The notes below the pieces were generated by a model. It worked only from the letters and a program-made list of their open reading frames with translations. It had not been told where the DNA came from and did not search any database. A DNA stretch of 64,000 nucleotides from Candidatus Poribacteria bacterium. GTDB lineage: Bacteria > Poribacteria > WGA-4E > WGA-3G. Both the position numbers and the translations under genes were made by a program. Shown here in pieces: positions 8,874 to 18,257 of this stretch. Position 1 is the stretch's first letter; each line of letters begins with the position of its first letter. The stretch lies in assembly GCA_963665235.2 (NCBI GenBank), contig CAXXLX010000001.1, positions 928,001-992,000 of the forward strand. The letters run 5' to 3'.

Positions 8874-9692
8874 TCAAAATTGTCCATTGCTAACACTATT
8901 GGAGCCTGAAGCCGTTTTCTTCTGCCGTGCAATAATTTTCTTCCAACGTGCCATCGCCCGATTTAAGCCCTCCACAACATCCTGCGACGAAACACGTAAA
9001 AATGTAGCAATATCCGCACAAGAAGACAGATCTAACAGATACTGTCCCATCATCGTCCGCTCATCGCCCGGGAGGCGGCTGAGCAAAGATGGCAATTGAC
9101 TTTCGATAGTCTTGACGAGTGTTCTCGTCCGGTTCATTCTATGCTTAACCGATTTTAACGTTGTGTCGGTTAACGCTGCTATCCTCTTTTGCGTCAGGTT
9201 CCCGATATAGTAGAGCTGCATCACCTGCTGGTCCTTGTGTGGAAGCAGACGAATTATGCGTTTTAGCTGGATAGCTTGCTGACGCTGTGCTTCAATTTGC
9301 TGCGCCTGCTTGTGAACTACAAGAGCTGCCGTATCTGCAAGAGGCACAGTATAGGGTTCTCCAGCCGCGTCAACTTCAGCGGGAGATTCGTCTATAGAAA
9401 CCAACGTTATGCGTTTAGCGTGTCGTGCAGCTTTACGCATCCTATCCTTAGCAGTATTCGCGGCGATGGTAAGCAACCAGCCTAAAATATTGTCAACCCG
9501 CCTCAGTTTTTTCATCTTACGGAACGCTTTGGAAAAGGTATCATTCACAACTTCCTCAGCATCTTCATGATTTTTCAAAAGCCTGAATGCGCAGCTGTAA
9601 ACGGCATCGTAATACGTTTGGAATATCAAGTTCAAGGCTGCCTCGTCATCAAGTTCATCCAGTCGCTGAATCCGTTCGGCATTCTTTTTCAT
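8874..9692 (-). CDS. ECF sigma-70 factor with tandem sigma-4 domains
   Basis: Region 2 DAEEVVNDTF...WLLTIAAN; region 4 LPHKDQQVMQLYY..TQKRIA..VKHRMNR; second region-4-like segment LPGDERTMMGQYLL..CADIA..VVEGLNRA. Confidence 0.9.
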   Translation of the reverse strand: MKKNAERIQRLDELDDEAALNLIFQTYYDAVYSCAFRLLKNHEDAEEVVNDTFSKAFRKMKKLRRVDNILGWLLTIAANTAKDRMRKAARHAKRITLVSIDESPAEVDAAGEPYTVPLADTAALVVHKQAQQIEAQRQQAIQLKRIIRLLPHKDQQVMQLYYIGNLTQKRIAALTDTTLKSVKHRMNRTRTLVKTIESQLPSLLSRLPGDERTMMGQYLLDLSSCADIATFLRVSSQDVVEGLNRAMARWKKIIARQKKTASGSNSVSNGQF

Positions 9693-9743
9693 ATCATAAA
9701 CCTCCTACTAAAGAGAAATAACATGAAATGTGCTTATATTCTT

Positions 9744-9773
9744 TAAGACGTTAATTTTGTGCCAAAGACCCCA
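9744..9773 (-). promoter_or_regulatory. Putative autoregulatory ECF promoter of the sigma-A3-B3 operon
   Basis: TGGGGTCTTTGGCACAAAATTAACGTCTTA, about 50 bp upstream of the sigma ATG. Confidence 0.7.
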
Positions 9774-9903
9774 TAAAAAATGATTTTTTGGAAAAAAGGC
9801 GTTAATTGCAAGAAATCCAGAAGTCTGAAGCAGTTGTTATTGCTTTATGATACCAAAAAATGTAAGAATAAATCAACCTAAAAATGGCACCGCTCCGTTT
9901 AAG

Positions 9904-10160
9904 TAATACCAAATTAACACAATTCGTCTCGTTCCACTCTTCCGCTCCAGCGGAGCGTCCGTGAAGACGATGAATCAAATGAAGTTGGTATTAGCCATCC
10001 GGGCGATATGTTTCATGCGCGAAATCCTCTTTTTTCCGCGTTCTCCGCGTTCTCCGCGCCTTCCGCGATTCAGACAATAAACATAAACATACCAAAAACC
10101 TTCCCGTTAGCATCCGACATCACGGTCCGTGAAGACGATGAATCAAATCAATTTGGTATA
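9904..10160. repeat. Two short TACC-ended MITE-like elements (9904-9993, ~10089-10160) flanking a TCCGCGATTCAGACAA repeat
   Basis: TAATACCAA...TTGGTATTA termini; shared GTCCGTGAAGACGATGAATCAAAT; the TCCGCGATTCAGACAA motif also occurs inverted near 29755. Confidence 0.6.
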
Positions 10161-10190
10161 ATACCGTATTTCCAAAAAAAACATTTTTTA

Positions 10191-10220
10191 TGGGGCCTTT
10201 GGCACAAAATTAACGTCTTA
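10191..10220 (+). promoter_or_regulatory. Putative ECF promoter of the divergent A4-B4 unit
   Basis: TGGGGCCTTTGGCACAAAATTAACGTCTTA, one mismatch to the sigma-gene copy. Confidence 0.7.
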
Positions 10221-10286
10221 GGGGTATAAGGACATTTCATGAGCTTCGTATCAATAACGCATCGTAACAGATTTGGAGGTATCAAC

Positions 10287-11261
10287 ATGTTACGTGAATA
10301 TTTTACAAATAGGTGGGTTATAGGTGGATTTTTGTTCCTCATTGTTTTTGGTATTGCCTGCTACTTCTGGTACCAACACGAGCTGGCACCCTATAAACAA
10401 CCGGAAGTGGAATCCGCAGAACTGCTACGCCAATCGGAACGCGCCCAAAAGGCAGAGATAGGGAGTGAGACAGAGCAGGCAGCCGATATACCTATGGAAA
10501 GCGTAACGCCGTCCGCAAAGACAGGCCCTCTCAAATTGGCGGATATCACGATAGAGTGGCCAGAAGGCGCAGACTGGCCCGTCAATTGGAAGGAGTTAGT
10601 CGCGCTGCCACCGGAAGAGTATCATAAACTTCCTGCAGCAACAAGACAGGCAATAGTGAAAGCATACTACGCGGAACATGGACTTGAGAGACCACCAGCA
10701 GGGTTCCACTACAGACTAAATAGTAAGACAGGTGCGTGGGACCTCCATCCGAACAATAAACCCATCATAACAATTCATTGGAAAGGAAACTCATACGGAC
10801 AGCTACACCAACTCACGGATGAAGAATATGAGCGGTATAAGGCGTTGGAAAGAATTGCCACAAACCCTGAGTCTGTCGCATCACACCTCGAAAGAGGTGG
10901 CCGTCCAAGTCAGTACCTAGCCTATCCGCTTGCGGCATGCAATTTGGCACAGAAATGGTTCGACGTGCTCCACGAAAAAACGCGCGGTCCCGCGCCGAGT
11001 GCTACCTCGGGTGCCTTTTACGATAGGGAATATACAGAATCCGATAGGGAAAGGGACCACCGTTTAATACGCGAAGCTATAGACGCGGTGACCCCGCCTC
11101 CTCGGGATGGCAGCGTCGATGAGACGGTTCTGAATCAAATCCTTGATGAAATCGAGGCAGAACTTGGAATCACAATAGAACGGGAAACCCAAGCTGAAAA
11201 GTTTTCTCGTCGACATTTCGAGCAAATATTAAACTCACTCGAATCGTGGGAAGATAGGTAG
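10287..11261 (+). CDS. Membrane-anchored protein A4 (MLREYFTNRW family, class II)
   Basis: GGAGG RBS before ATG 10287; class II C-terminal domain. Confidence 0.85.
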   Translation: MLREYFTNRWVIGGFLFLIVFGIACYFWYQHELAPYKQPEVESAELLRQSERAQKAEIGSETEQAADIPMESVTPSAKTGPLKLADITIEWPEGADWPVNWKELVALPPEEYHKLPAATRQAIVKAYYAEHGLERPPAGFHYRLNSKTGAWDLHPNNKPIITIHWKGNSYGQLHQLTDEEYERYKALERIATNPESVASHLERGGRPSQYLAYPLAACNLAQKWFDVLHEKTRGPAPSATSGAFYDREYTESDRERDHRLIREAIDAVTPPPRDGSVDETVLNQILDEIEAELGITIERETQAEKFSRRHFEQILNSLESWEDR

Positions 11262-11314
11262 ATAAGTAACTCCCTTCTCCCCCCCCGAGCTCCGAAAGGA
11301 ATAGGAGAAAAAAG

Positions 11315-12140
11315 ATGAAAACACAGATATCAATCATTTTGTTAGTTGTACTTTTACTGTTACCGCAAGCAAGCACTGCGAACGGCGACAACACAACCCA
11401 AACGAATCAGGAATTGACAACGACAGCCAATATCCGTTTAAACTCTACAAATAGAACTGTCGGTGAGGTGAAGCGATGGAGAGATATTGGGTATCAATCT
11501 CTGATGAACCTAAACACCGGAGAGACCGAAAGATTCGAAGAATACCCAAAGGCCATATATCCATCGACGGTAAAGTGGTACGACAAGGAGGTAAAGGTTT
11601 ATGCAGTTATTGAAGCCACTTTTAAACCCGTACGGAGCGTAGCCTTCCGGGCGGATGCCCGTGTCGACGGTAGAGTCACATCGGACGATAGTCCTCAGAC
11701 GATTAACGAACCACTTACGGGAGTGGATCACGCTATGTCCGATATTCTTTGGATTCAGACATCTCTTGGGCCTCGATATAGCGCACGAGGCCATACCGCA
11801 ACAGCGGTAGCCACTGCCACCTCAAAAACATACACCTTGAAGAAACCGATGACCGTGTCTGTCTACGCAGATGGACAGGGAGATGCAGTTCCGGGTACGG
11901 GTGGCGGTTTCTCGTTTAGCATCCCTATCTACAAGGATCGCGACCTCAGTCTGGGAATTCTGCATCTGCAACTTGTATAATTACGCCTGTGGGAATGCAG
12001 GAAATCCTGCTTGTTTTTGCGGTTCAGGTCCACCAAAATATACGTTCGCCGAAAGGTGGGTTTGTTACAACAGTCCTTGTGGACCCCGGGCTGTCGCAAA
12101 TCATCACGCGTTGCTTCGATGGTATTACCCTATTATGTGA
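11315..12140 (+). CDS. Secreted partner B4; Cys-rich tail is in another frame (frameshift or deletion near 11950-11980)
   Basis: Signal peptide; homology to B3 in 11315-11980; the homologous WVCYNSPCG tail lies in ORF 11871-12140. Confidence 0.75.
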
Positions 12141-12160
12141 AAAGGAACACTGTCTTTTCA

Positions 12161-12200
12161 AAAAGCAGGTATCCTTACGGGGTACCTGCTTATTTTTTTA
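12161..12200 (+). terminator. Rho-independent terminator after B4
   Basis: AAGCAGGTATCC-TTAC-GGGGTACCTGCTT followed by a T-run. Confidence 0.75.
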
Positions 12201-12493
12201 TTACAGAGACGCGTCCGCTACATATTCGTTTTTGGCTCATGTTATAGGTGTGTGCGATTGTTTTTATAAACGCAATGGCCACAGGAGTTGAATTTTTGAG
12301 CCCCATCCTTCCAATCTTAAAATCTTCCATTCCTCACAACAATTAAATTCTTGACTTAAAATCTGCTTTTTGATATGATAACTAAAGTTTTTTGTTATAC
12401 GGTCAAAAAAACAACGGTCTCTGACGTTTTACATCACACTGGTAAACATTAGAAAAATTTCTGAAACCTTGAGAATAAAGGGGGAAATGAGAG

Positions 12494-13303
12494 ATGCAAC
12501 GTACCTCTCCAAAGTTTTTCACTGGCATAGGGTGTCTCTTCGGTGTCCTAACAATCTTAGTCATGCTTGGTGGGACATCGCCAACAGATGCGGCAGTCGA
12601 TAAAAACACCGTTGCGGTTTGGCTTTTTGAGGAAGGGGATGGAAAGACAGTAAAAGACGCTTCCGGGAATGGACACAGCGGCGAATTTTCTGGTAACCTC
12701 AAATGGGTACGGGCGAAATTTGGAACGGGGTTAGAATTCCCCGGGGATGGCAGCGGCTACATCGTTGTGGACTCCACTAAAAAATTGGAGCTGGACACCC
12801 TGAGCATCGAGGCGTGGGTCAAAGTCAAAGAGTCTACAGGCAAATGGCAAGGGATTGTCTGCAAACAGCAGGCGGGATGTACCAACCGAAACTACGGCAT
12901 TTGGGTGCAAGTCGATAAGCGGGTGCTGCATGCCGAAATGGGTGCAAATGGCGGCTGTGCATTTAACATAGATGGCACTACGGAAATTACCGACAACAAA
13001 TGGCATCATCTCGCCTTTACCTTTGATGGAAAAATGGGGCGAGTTTACGTTGATGGCGAGTTGGAAACGGAAAAACCTAACACCAATTCGTTTCAGAGCA
13101 ACGACCCAATTACTATCGGTGTCCCGAATATTGACAATCAGAACGGTTTGTCGGGGGTTATTGAAGAGATACGTATCTCCAACGTTGCACGCACCCAAGC
13201 GGAAATTAAGAGTGCTATGAATGTCGGTTTAGCCACAATTCTGAGCGTTGACCCCGCTAGCAAACTTGCAACCCGCTGGGGATACCTCAAACGCGGCATA
13301 TAA
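12494..13303 (+). CDS. LamG/ConA-like jelly-roll domain secreted protein
   Basis: VWLFEEGDG..DASGNG, SIEAWVK and WHHLAFTFDG..VYVDG motifs; C-terminal VDPASKLATRWGYLK. Confidence 0.9.
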   Translation: MQRTSPKFFTGIGCLFGVLTILVMLGGTSPTDAAVDKNTVAVWLFEEGDGKTVKDASGNGHSGEFSGNLKWVRAKFGTGLEFPGDGSGYIVVDSTKKLELDTLSIEAWVKVKESTGKWQGIVCKQQAGCTNRNYGIWVQVDKRVLHAEMGANGGCAFNIDGTTEITDNKWHHLAFTFDGKMGRVYVDGELETEKPNTNSFQSNDPITIGVPNIDNQNGLSGVIEEIRISNVARTQAEIKSAMNVGLATILSVDPASKLATRWGYLKRGI

Positions 13304-13318
13304 AAAGGGAGGGTAGAT

Positions 13319-14566
13319 GTGAAAAGAATCGCTTATACATTTTTACTGTTTTTCTGTATTATCACGTTGGCGTGCGCGCCAACTACAAAGAGCACATCGG
13401 AGGTCGGGCTGCCGACATCGGCACCCGAAAAGGTCGACGTTTCAGCCGAACGTCTTCAGGAGATTGCTCCTGCCCTGCAAGACTATGTCGACAAGGGGCA
13501 ACTGCCAGGATTCCTGACAGTCATCGCGAGACGGGGGAAGGTTGTTCATTTTGAGACGCTCGGCATGCGCGATGTAGAAAATAAAAAACCGGTGGAAGCG
13601 GATACAATATTCCGTATCTACTCCATGACAAAACCGATTACCAGCGTCGCCGCTATGATACTCTATGACGAGGGACATTTTCAATTAGATGACCCTGTTG
13701 AGAAATTCATCCCCGCCTTCAAAAATATGGAGGTCTTTAACAGAGAACAGAGTGAAACACATCCGGCTGAGAACAAGATGACCGTAAAGCATCTTCTCAC
13801 ACATACCGCCGGATTGACTTACGGGTGGGGCAACAAACCGATTGATGACCTTTACCGGCGATTTAAGCTGTTTAGTGCCAAATCAACGTTAGCTGAGATG
13901 GCAGAAAAATTAGCCGAGATTCCACTGCTGCACGAACCCGGTGAACGGTGGAACTACGGTGTCGCTACGGATTTGCTCGGCTACTTCATAGAGGCAGTTT
14001 CGGGAATGCCGTTCGAGACATTCTTACAAACACGGCTTTTCAAACCGCTCGGCATGGTAGATACAGGGTTTTCGGTGCCGCAGGAAAAGGTGGCACGGTT
14101 TGCCGCCCTATATAGACCCAATAAAGAGGGAGGTCTTCGACGGGTAGGCAATGCCCCGCTTGCAAACGATGCGCTCAGTTTTTTCCCCTCCGGCGGGGGT
14201 GGACTTGTCTCAACCGCAGCCGATTATCTCCGTTTCTGTCAGATGCTGCTCAATGGCGGCGAGTTAGATGGTACCCGCATCTTATCGCGTGAAACCGTCG
14301 AACTGATGCGCCATCCACATCACCAATACGGTAAAAATGGAGCGTTTGGACTCGGATTCCATGTCGTGACGGGTGAAGGTGGTGAAAAAGCGCAGCGCTC
14401 AGCTGGCGCGTACAGCTGGGGCGGGGCTGCAAGCACAACCTTCTGGGTTGACCCGCAAGAGGAGCTCATCGGCATACTCATGACGCAGCTGCTCAATAAC
14501 CGATACGGTTTCCAAGGAGATTTTAGGAAATTAACCTATCAGGCATTAGTAGACACGGCGGAGTAG
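13319..14566 (+). CDS. Serine hydrolase, beta-lactamase class C / esterase family VIII, lipoprotein
   Basis: FRIYSMTK (SxxK), LLTHTAGL, PGERWNYG and WGG motifs. Confidence 0.9.
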   Translation: MKRIAYTFLLFFCIITLACAPTTKSTSEVGLPTSAPEKVDVSAERLQEIAPALQDYVDKGQLPGFLTVIARRGKVVHFETLGMRDVENKKPVEADTIFRIYSMTKPITSVAAMILYDEGHFQLDDPVEKFIPAFKNMEVFNREQSETHPAENKMTVKHLLTHTAGLTYGWGNKPIDDLYRRFKLFSAKSTLAEMAEKLAEIPLLHEPGERWNYGVATDLLGYFIEAVSGMPFETFLQTRLFKPLGMVDTGFSVPQEKVARFAALYRPNKEGGLRRVGNAPLANDALSFFPSGGGGLVSTAADYLRFCQMLLNGGELDGTRILSRETVELMRHPHHQYGKNGAFGLGFHVVTGEGGEKAQRSAGAYSWGGAASTTFWVDPQEELIGILMTQLLNNRYGFQGDFRKLTYQALVDTAE

Positions 14567-14603
14567 GTAATCAGCAATCAGGTCAAGCAGACTGCCCCTT
14601 AAT

Positions 14604-15233
14604 ATCGCGTGCACAGCACGCTCCTACAGAAGAGAACGGTTGAAAAACATCGCGTGCACAGCACGCTCCTACAGAAGAGAACGGTTGAAAAACATCGCGT
14701 GCACAGCACGCTCCTACAGAAGAGAACGGTTGAAAAACATCGCGTGCACAGCACGCTCCTACAGAAGAGAACGGTTGAAAAACATCGCGTGCACAGCACG
14801 CTCCTACAGAAGAGAACGGTTGAAAAACATCGCGTGCACAGCACGCTCCTACAGAAGAGAACGGTTGAAAAACATCGCGTGCACAGCACGCTCCTACAGA
14901 AGAGAACGGTTGAAAAACATCGCGTGCACAGCACGCTCCTACAGAAGAGAACGGTTGAAAAACATCGCGTGCACAGCACGCTCCTACAGAAGAGAACGGT
15001 TGAAAAACATCGCGTGCACAGCACGCTCCTACAGAAGAGAACGGTTGAAAAACATCGCGTGCACAGCACGCTCCTACAGAAGAGAACGGTTGAAAAACAT
15101 CGCGTGCACAGCACGCTCCTACAGAAGAGAACGGTTGAAAAACATCGCGTGCACAGCACGCTCCTACAGAAGAGAACGGTTGAAAAACATCGCGTGCACA
15201 GCACGCTCCTACAGAAGAGAACGGTTGAAAAAC
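14604..15233. repeat. Tandem repeat, 14 x 45 bp, GTAG-REP-like unit
   Basis: Perfect unit ATCGCGTGCACAGCACGCTCCTACAGAAGAGAACGGTTGAAAAAC; the reverse strand reads GTAG-GA-GCGTGC-TGT-GCACGC (hairpin). Confidence 0.95.
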
Positions 15234-15301
15234 CAGCGAAAAAATGATACCACACCCCGTTTCGCCGGTAGCCGACAGCTACCGAAAGGAGATAAAAACT
15301 T

Positions 15302-16474
15302 ATGGACTACGGAATTCCACGCGCTGTTCCCGAAGAGGTCGGAATGTCAACATCGCGGCTAGGACGAATTGCCCCGGTAATGCAAAAGTGGGTGGATGCA
15401 AACAAAATCCCCGGCGCATTGACAATGATAGCGCGTGAAGGCAAGCTCATCCATTTTGAAAAATTCGGCATGCAGGATGTCGCAACTGCTAAACCGATAG
15501 AATTTGATACCATCTTCCGCATCTACTCCATGACTAAACCGATTACCAGCATCGCCGTGATGATGCTTTATGAGGAGGGACATTTTCAACTCAATTCACC
15601 GGTATCCGAATTTATCCCCGCTTTCAGAGATATGAAGGTTTACGCGAATCATGGGGATGCAATTGTTGATGCGGAACGAGAGATGACGATAAAACATCTG
15701 CTCACGCATACCTCCGGGCTTATCTATGGCGGCGATTGGCCGCATCCGATTAATAAACGGTATAAAGAAGCGAATTTCTACAGTGGCGATCTCGGAAATA
15801 TGTCACGGGCACTTGGAGATATCCCGCTTTTGCATCAGCCCGGCGGATGGTGGAGCTACGGCATGTCTACCGATGTACTCGGCTATCTGGTAGAAGTGGT
15901 GTCAGGCATACCGTTCGCTGAATTTTTGGAAACGCGCATTTTTGAACCGCTCCGCATGAGCGATACCGCCTTTTCCGTTCCAGAAGAAAAGGCGGACCGA
16001 TACGCAACATTATATGAACCCGCGGAAGATGGCGGTATTCAGGTGCTTGAGAACGCGCCTGTTTCAAGTGGACCGCTCAGCTTTTTTCACTCTGGGGGTG
16101 CGGGGTTACAGTCAACCGCTGCCGATTATCTGCGCTTCTGCCAAATGATGCTCAACGAGGGAGAACTAGATGGTGTCCGTTTGCTCGGTAGAAAAACGGT
16201 AGAACTTATCACAATGAATCATATCTCTGACGACTGGCAACCCCTTGAAAGAACAGGAAACGGTTTCGGGCTCGGATTTGCGGTCGTTACCGATGTCGCC
16301 AACACACACGGCCCCAGTTCCAAAGGCACGTACAGCTGGGGTGGGCTTGCAAGCACAACATTCTGGATCGATCCGGTGGAAGAGTTAATTGCGATTTTGA
16401 TGACACAACTCATCGGCGATTCCCCATTCCACGCCCAATTCCGAGTGCTAACTTATCAAGCAATTAGCGATTAG
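15302..16474 (+). CDS. Serine hydrolase, beta-lactamase family (cytoplasmic paralog)
   Basis: FRIYSMTK, LLTHTSGL and WGG motifs; no signal peptide. Confidence 0.9.
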   Translation: MDYGIPRAVPEEVGMSTSRLGRIAPVMQKWVDANKIPGALTMIAREGKLIHFEKFGMQDVATAKPIEFDTIFRIYSMTKPITSIAVMMLYEEGHFQLNSPVSEFIPAFRDMKVYANHGDAIVDAEREMTIKHLLTHTSGLIYGGDWPHPINKRYKEANFYSGDLGNMSRALGDIPLLHQPGGWWSYGMSTDVLGYLVEVVSGIPFAEFLETRIFEPLRMSDTAFSVPEEKADRYATLYEPAEDGGIQVLENAPVSSGPLSFFHSGGAGLQSTAADYLRFCQMMLNEGELDGVRLLGRKTVELITMNHISDDWQPLERTGNGFGLGFAVVTDVANTHGPSSKGTYSWGGLASTTFWIDPVEELIAILMTQLIGDSPFHAQFRVLTYQAISD

Positions 16475-16497
16475 CTCATTGGCGAAAGGAGACATAC

Positions 16498-17115
16498 ATG
16501 AAAATCGCAGTGGTAACAGGTGAACACGGATTTCGTGAAAAAGATTTTGACGGTGTTTTTCAGAGCATGCAAGGCATTGCGTTCGTGCGGGAAGACCTAG
16601 ATGTCTTTGTGGACGACCCAAATCAGACAGAATACGAAACCGTTGTCTTTTACAACTTCCACCGGCCCTATCCGACGGAGGCGCAGGCAGAAGCCATTCT
16701 AGGGCTCACCGAACGCGGCCAAGGTATTGTAATTCTGCATCACGCTCTACTTGCATTTCCAGAGTGGGCGGAATATTCTGATATGTGCGGGATTGACGAC
16801 CGGGAGGATTTTGGCTACTACCCACGGCAAACGTTACAGGTGCAAATCGCTGATGCAACCCACCCGATTACTGAAACACTTGCCGATTGGGAGATGGGGG
16901 ACGAAACCTATACGATGAAATCCGCAGGGGAGGATAGCACTATCCTGTTGACCGTCGAGCATTCGAATAGTATGGACGTAATCGGGTGGGCACGTGAATA
17001 CGGAAATTCCCGTATCTTCTGCCTCCAGAGTGGACATGACAACGTTACCTATTCCAATCCGAACTTCCGGACGGTCCTGCAGCGCGGGATTGAGTGGTGC
17101 GCGAAAACGAAATGA
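16498..17115 (+). CDS. ThuA-like (class I GATase fold) protein
   Basis: G.GIVILHH, HPIT..L...DETY and W.REYG.SRIF...GHD motifs. Confidence 0.8.
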   Translation: MKIAVVTGEHGFREKDFDGVFQSMQGIAFVREDLDVFVDDPNQTEYETVVFYNFHRPYPTEAQAEAILGLTERGQGIVILHHALLAFPEWAEYSDMCGIDDREDFGYYPRQTLQVQIADATHPITETLADWEMGDETYTMKSAGEDSTILLTVEHSNSMDVIGWAREYGNSRIFCLQSGHDNVTYSNPNFRTVLQRGIEWCAKTK

Positions 17116-17167
17116 GATACCAAGCACGATATTCTCTGAATACCGTTAGAAAAGGAATTGACGCATT

Positions 17168-18232
17168 ATGGCAACACAAACCGAAGCCCAAACGAGGAAC
17201 AGCTCTCAACAGACACCCCTTACCAAACCGCAAGGAAATCTCAATTATTCGGTAGATGAGAAAACAGTTGACGGTTTTCAGGTTTACTGTCTAACGCAAG
17301 CTGAAAAAGCCATCGCTGAAATTGTGCCAGCATTAGGAAATAACTGCTACGGGTTCAGAGTCGCCGATGGGGATAACTGGCTCAACTTGATAGATGCACC
17401 GCCAGATTTAGCGACGTTGGAACAACGCCCAACCGCTTTCGGCAACCCCATCCTTTTTCCTTTTCCGAACCGAATTCGAAACGGGAAATGGCAATTTGAG
17501 GGAAAAACCTATCAATTCGACAAAGCCCCAGAATCCCCAACGACAATACACGGACTCCTGTTGAACCGTCCTTATAAAGTTGACAAACTGGCTGCGGATG
17601 AGAACGGTGCAACGTTAATCTGCTCACTCAATTCTCAAGATTTTCCGGATGTCAGCCGCCAATATCCCTTTCCCTTTAGTATTATAATTACCTATACGCT
17701 TACAGAGGCGGTGCTAACGATGACGGTTTCCATCAAAAACCTGGGTGAGGAAAAGATGCCGATGGGGTTCGGTATACACCCGTATTTCAGCACCAACCTC
17801 ATCGGAACAGCAGATGCGTCAAAGGCGGTCATTACCGTCCCCGCAGCCAAGTATTGGGAATTGGACGATGTACTTGTGCCGACCGGAGTCCAGCGCGATG
17901 TTACAGGAGTGCTTGACCTACGCAACGGGCAACCGTTCGCACATTTGAAGCTCGACCATGTTTTCACAGACGTTCAATTCGTTGATGAGGTAAGCCAGTG
18001 CTGCATTGAAAATCGGGATACGGGACACGGAATGGTGATGGAATCAGATGCACAATTTCGGGAGTTGGTTGTCTATACCCCCCCAGGCAGAGAGGCTATC
18101 TGTTTTGAACCTTACACCTGCCCGACAGATGCGATTAATTTAGAGGCGAAAGGCATTCCTGCAGGCATAATTGTGCTGTCGCCGCAGGAGACATTTGACG
18201 CATGGTGTCTCTTCTCGCCTATCGCTCATTGA
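17168..18232 (+). CDS. Aldose 1-epimerase family protein
   Basis: PILFPFPNRI, IHG, GIHPYF and ICFEPYT motifs. Confidence 0.9.
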   Translation: MATQTEAQTRNSSQQTPLTKPQGNLNYSVDEKTVDGFQVYCLTQAEKAIAEIVPALGNNCYGFRVADGDNWLNLIDAPPDLATLEQRPTAFGNPILFPFPNRIRNGKWQFEGKTYQFDKAPESPTTIHGLLLNRPYKVDKLAADENGATLICSLNSQDFPDVSRQYPFPFSIIITYTLTEAVLTMTVSIKNLGEEKMPMGFGIHPYFSTNLIGTADASKAVITVPAAKYWELDDVLVPTGVQRDVTGVLDLRNGQPFAHLKLDHVFTDVQFVDEVSQCCIENRDTGHGMVMESDAQFRELVVYTPPGREAICFEPYTCPTDAINLEAKGIPAGIIVLSPQETFDAWCLFSPIAH

Positions 18233-18257
18233 CGATAGGCAGGACTGCGGAGGCATC

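Noticed and set aside
14599-15362. ORFs of 212-240 aa across the 45-bp repeat, or a CRISPR array
   Set aside because: The open frames arise from a 45-bp unit without stops; there are no variable spacers and no cas genes.
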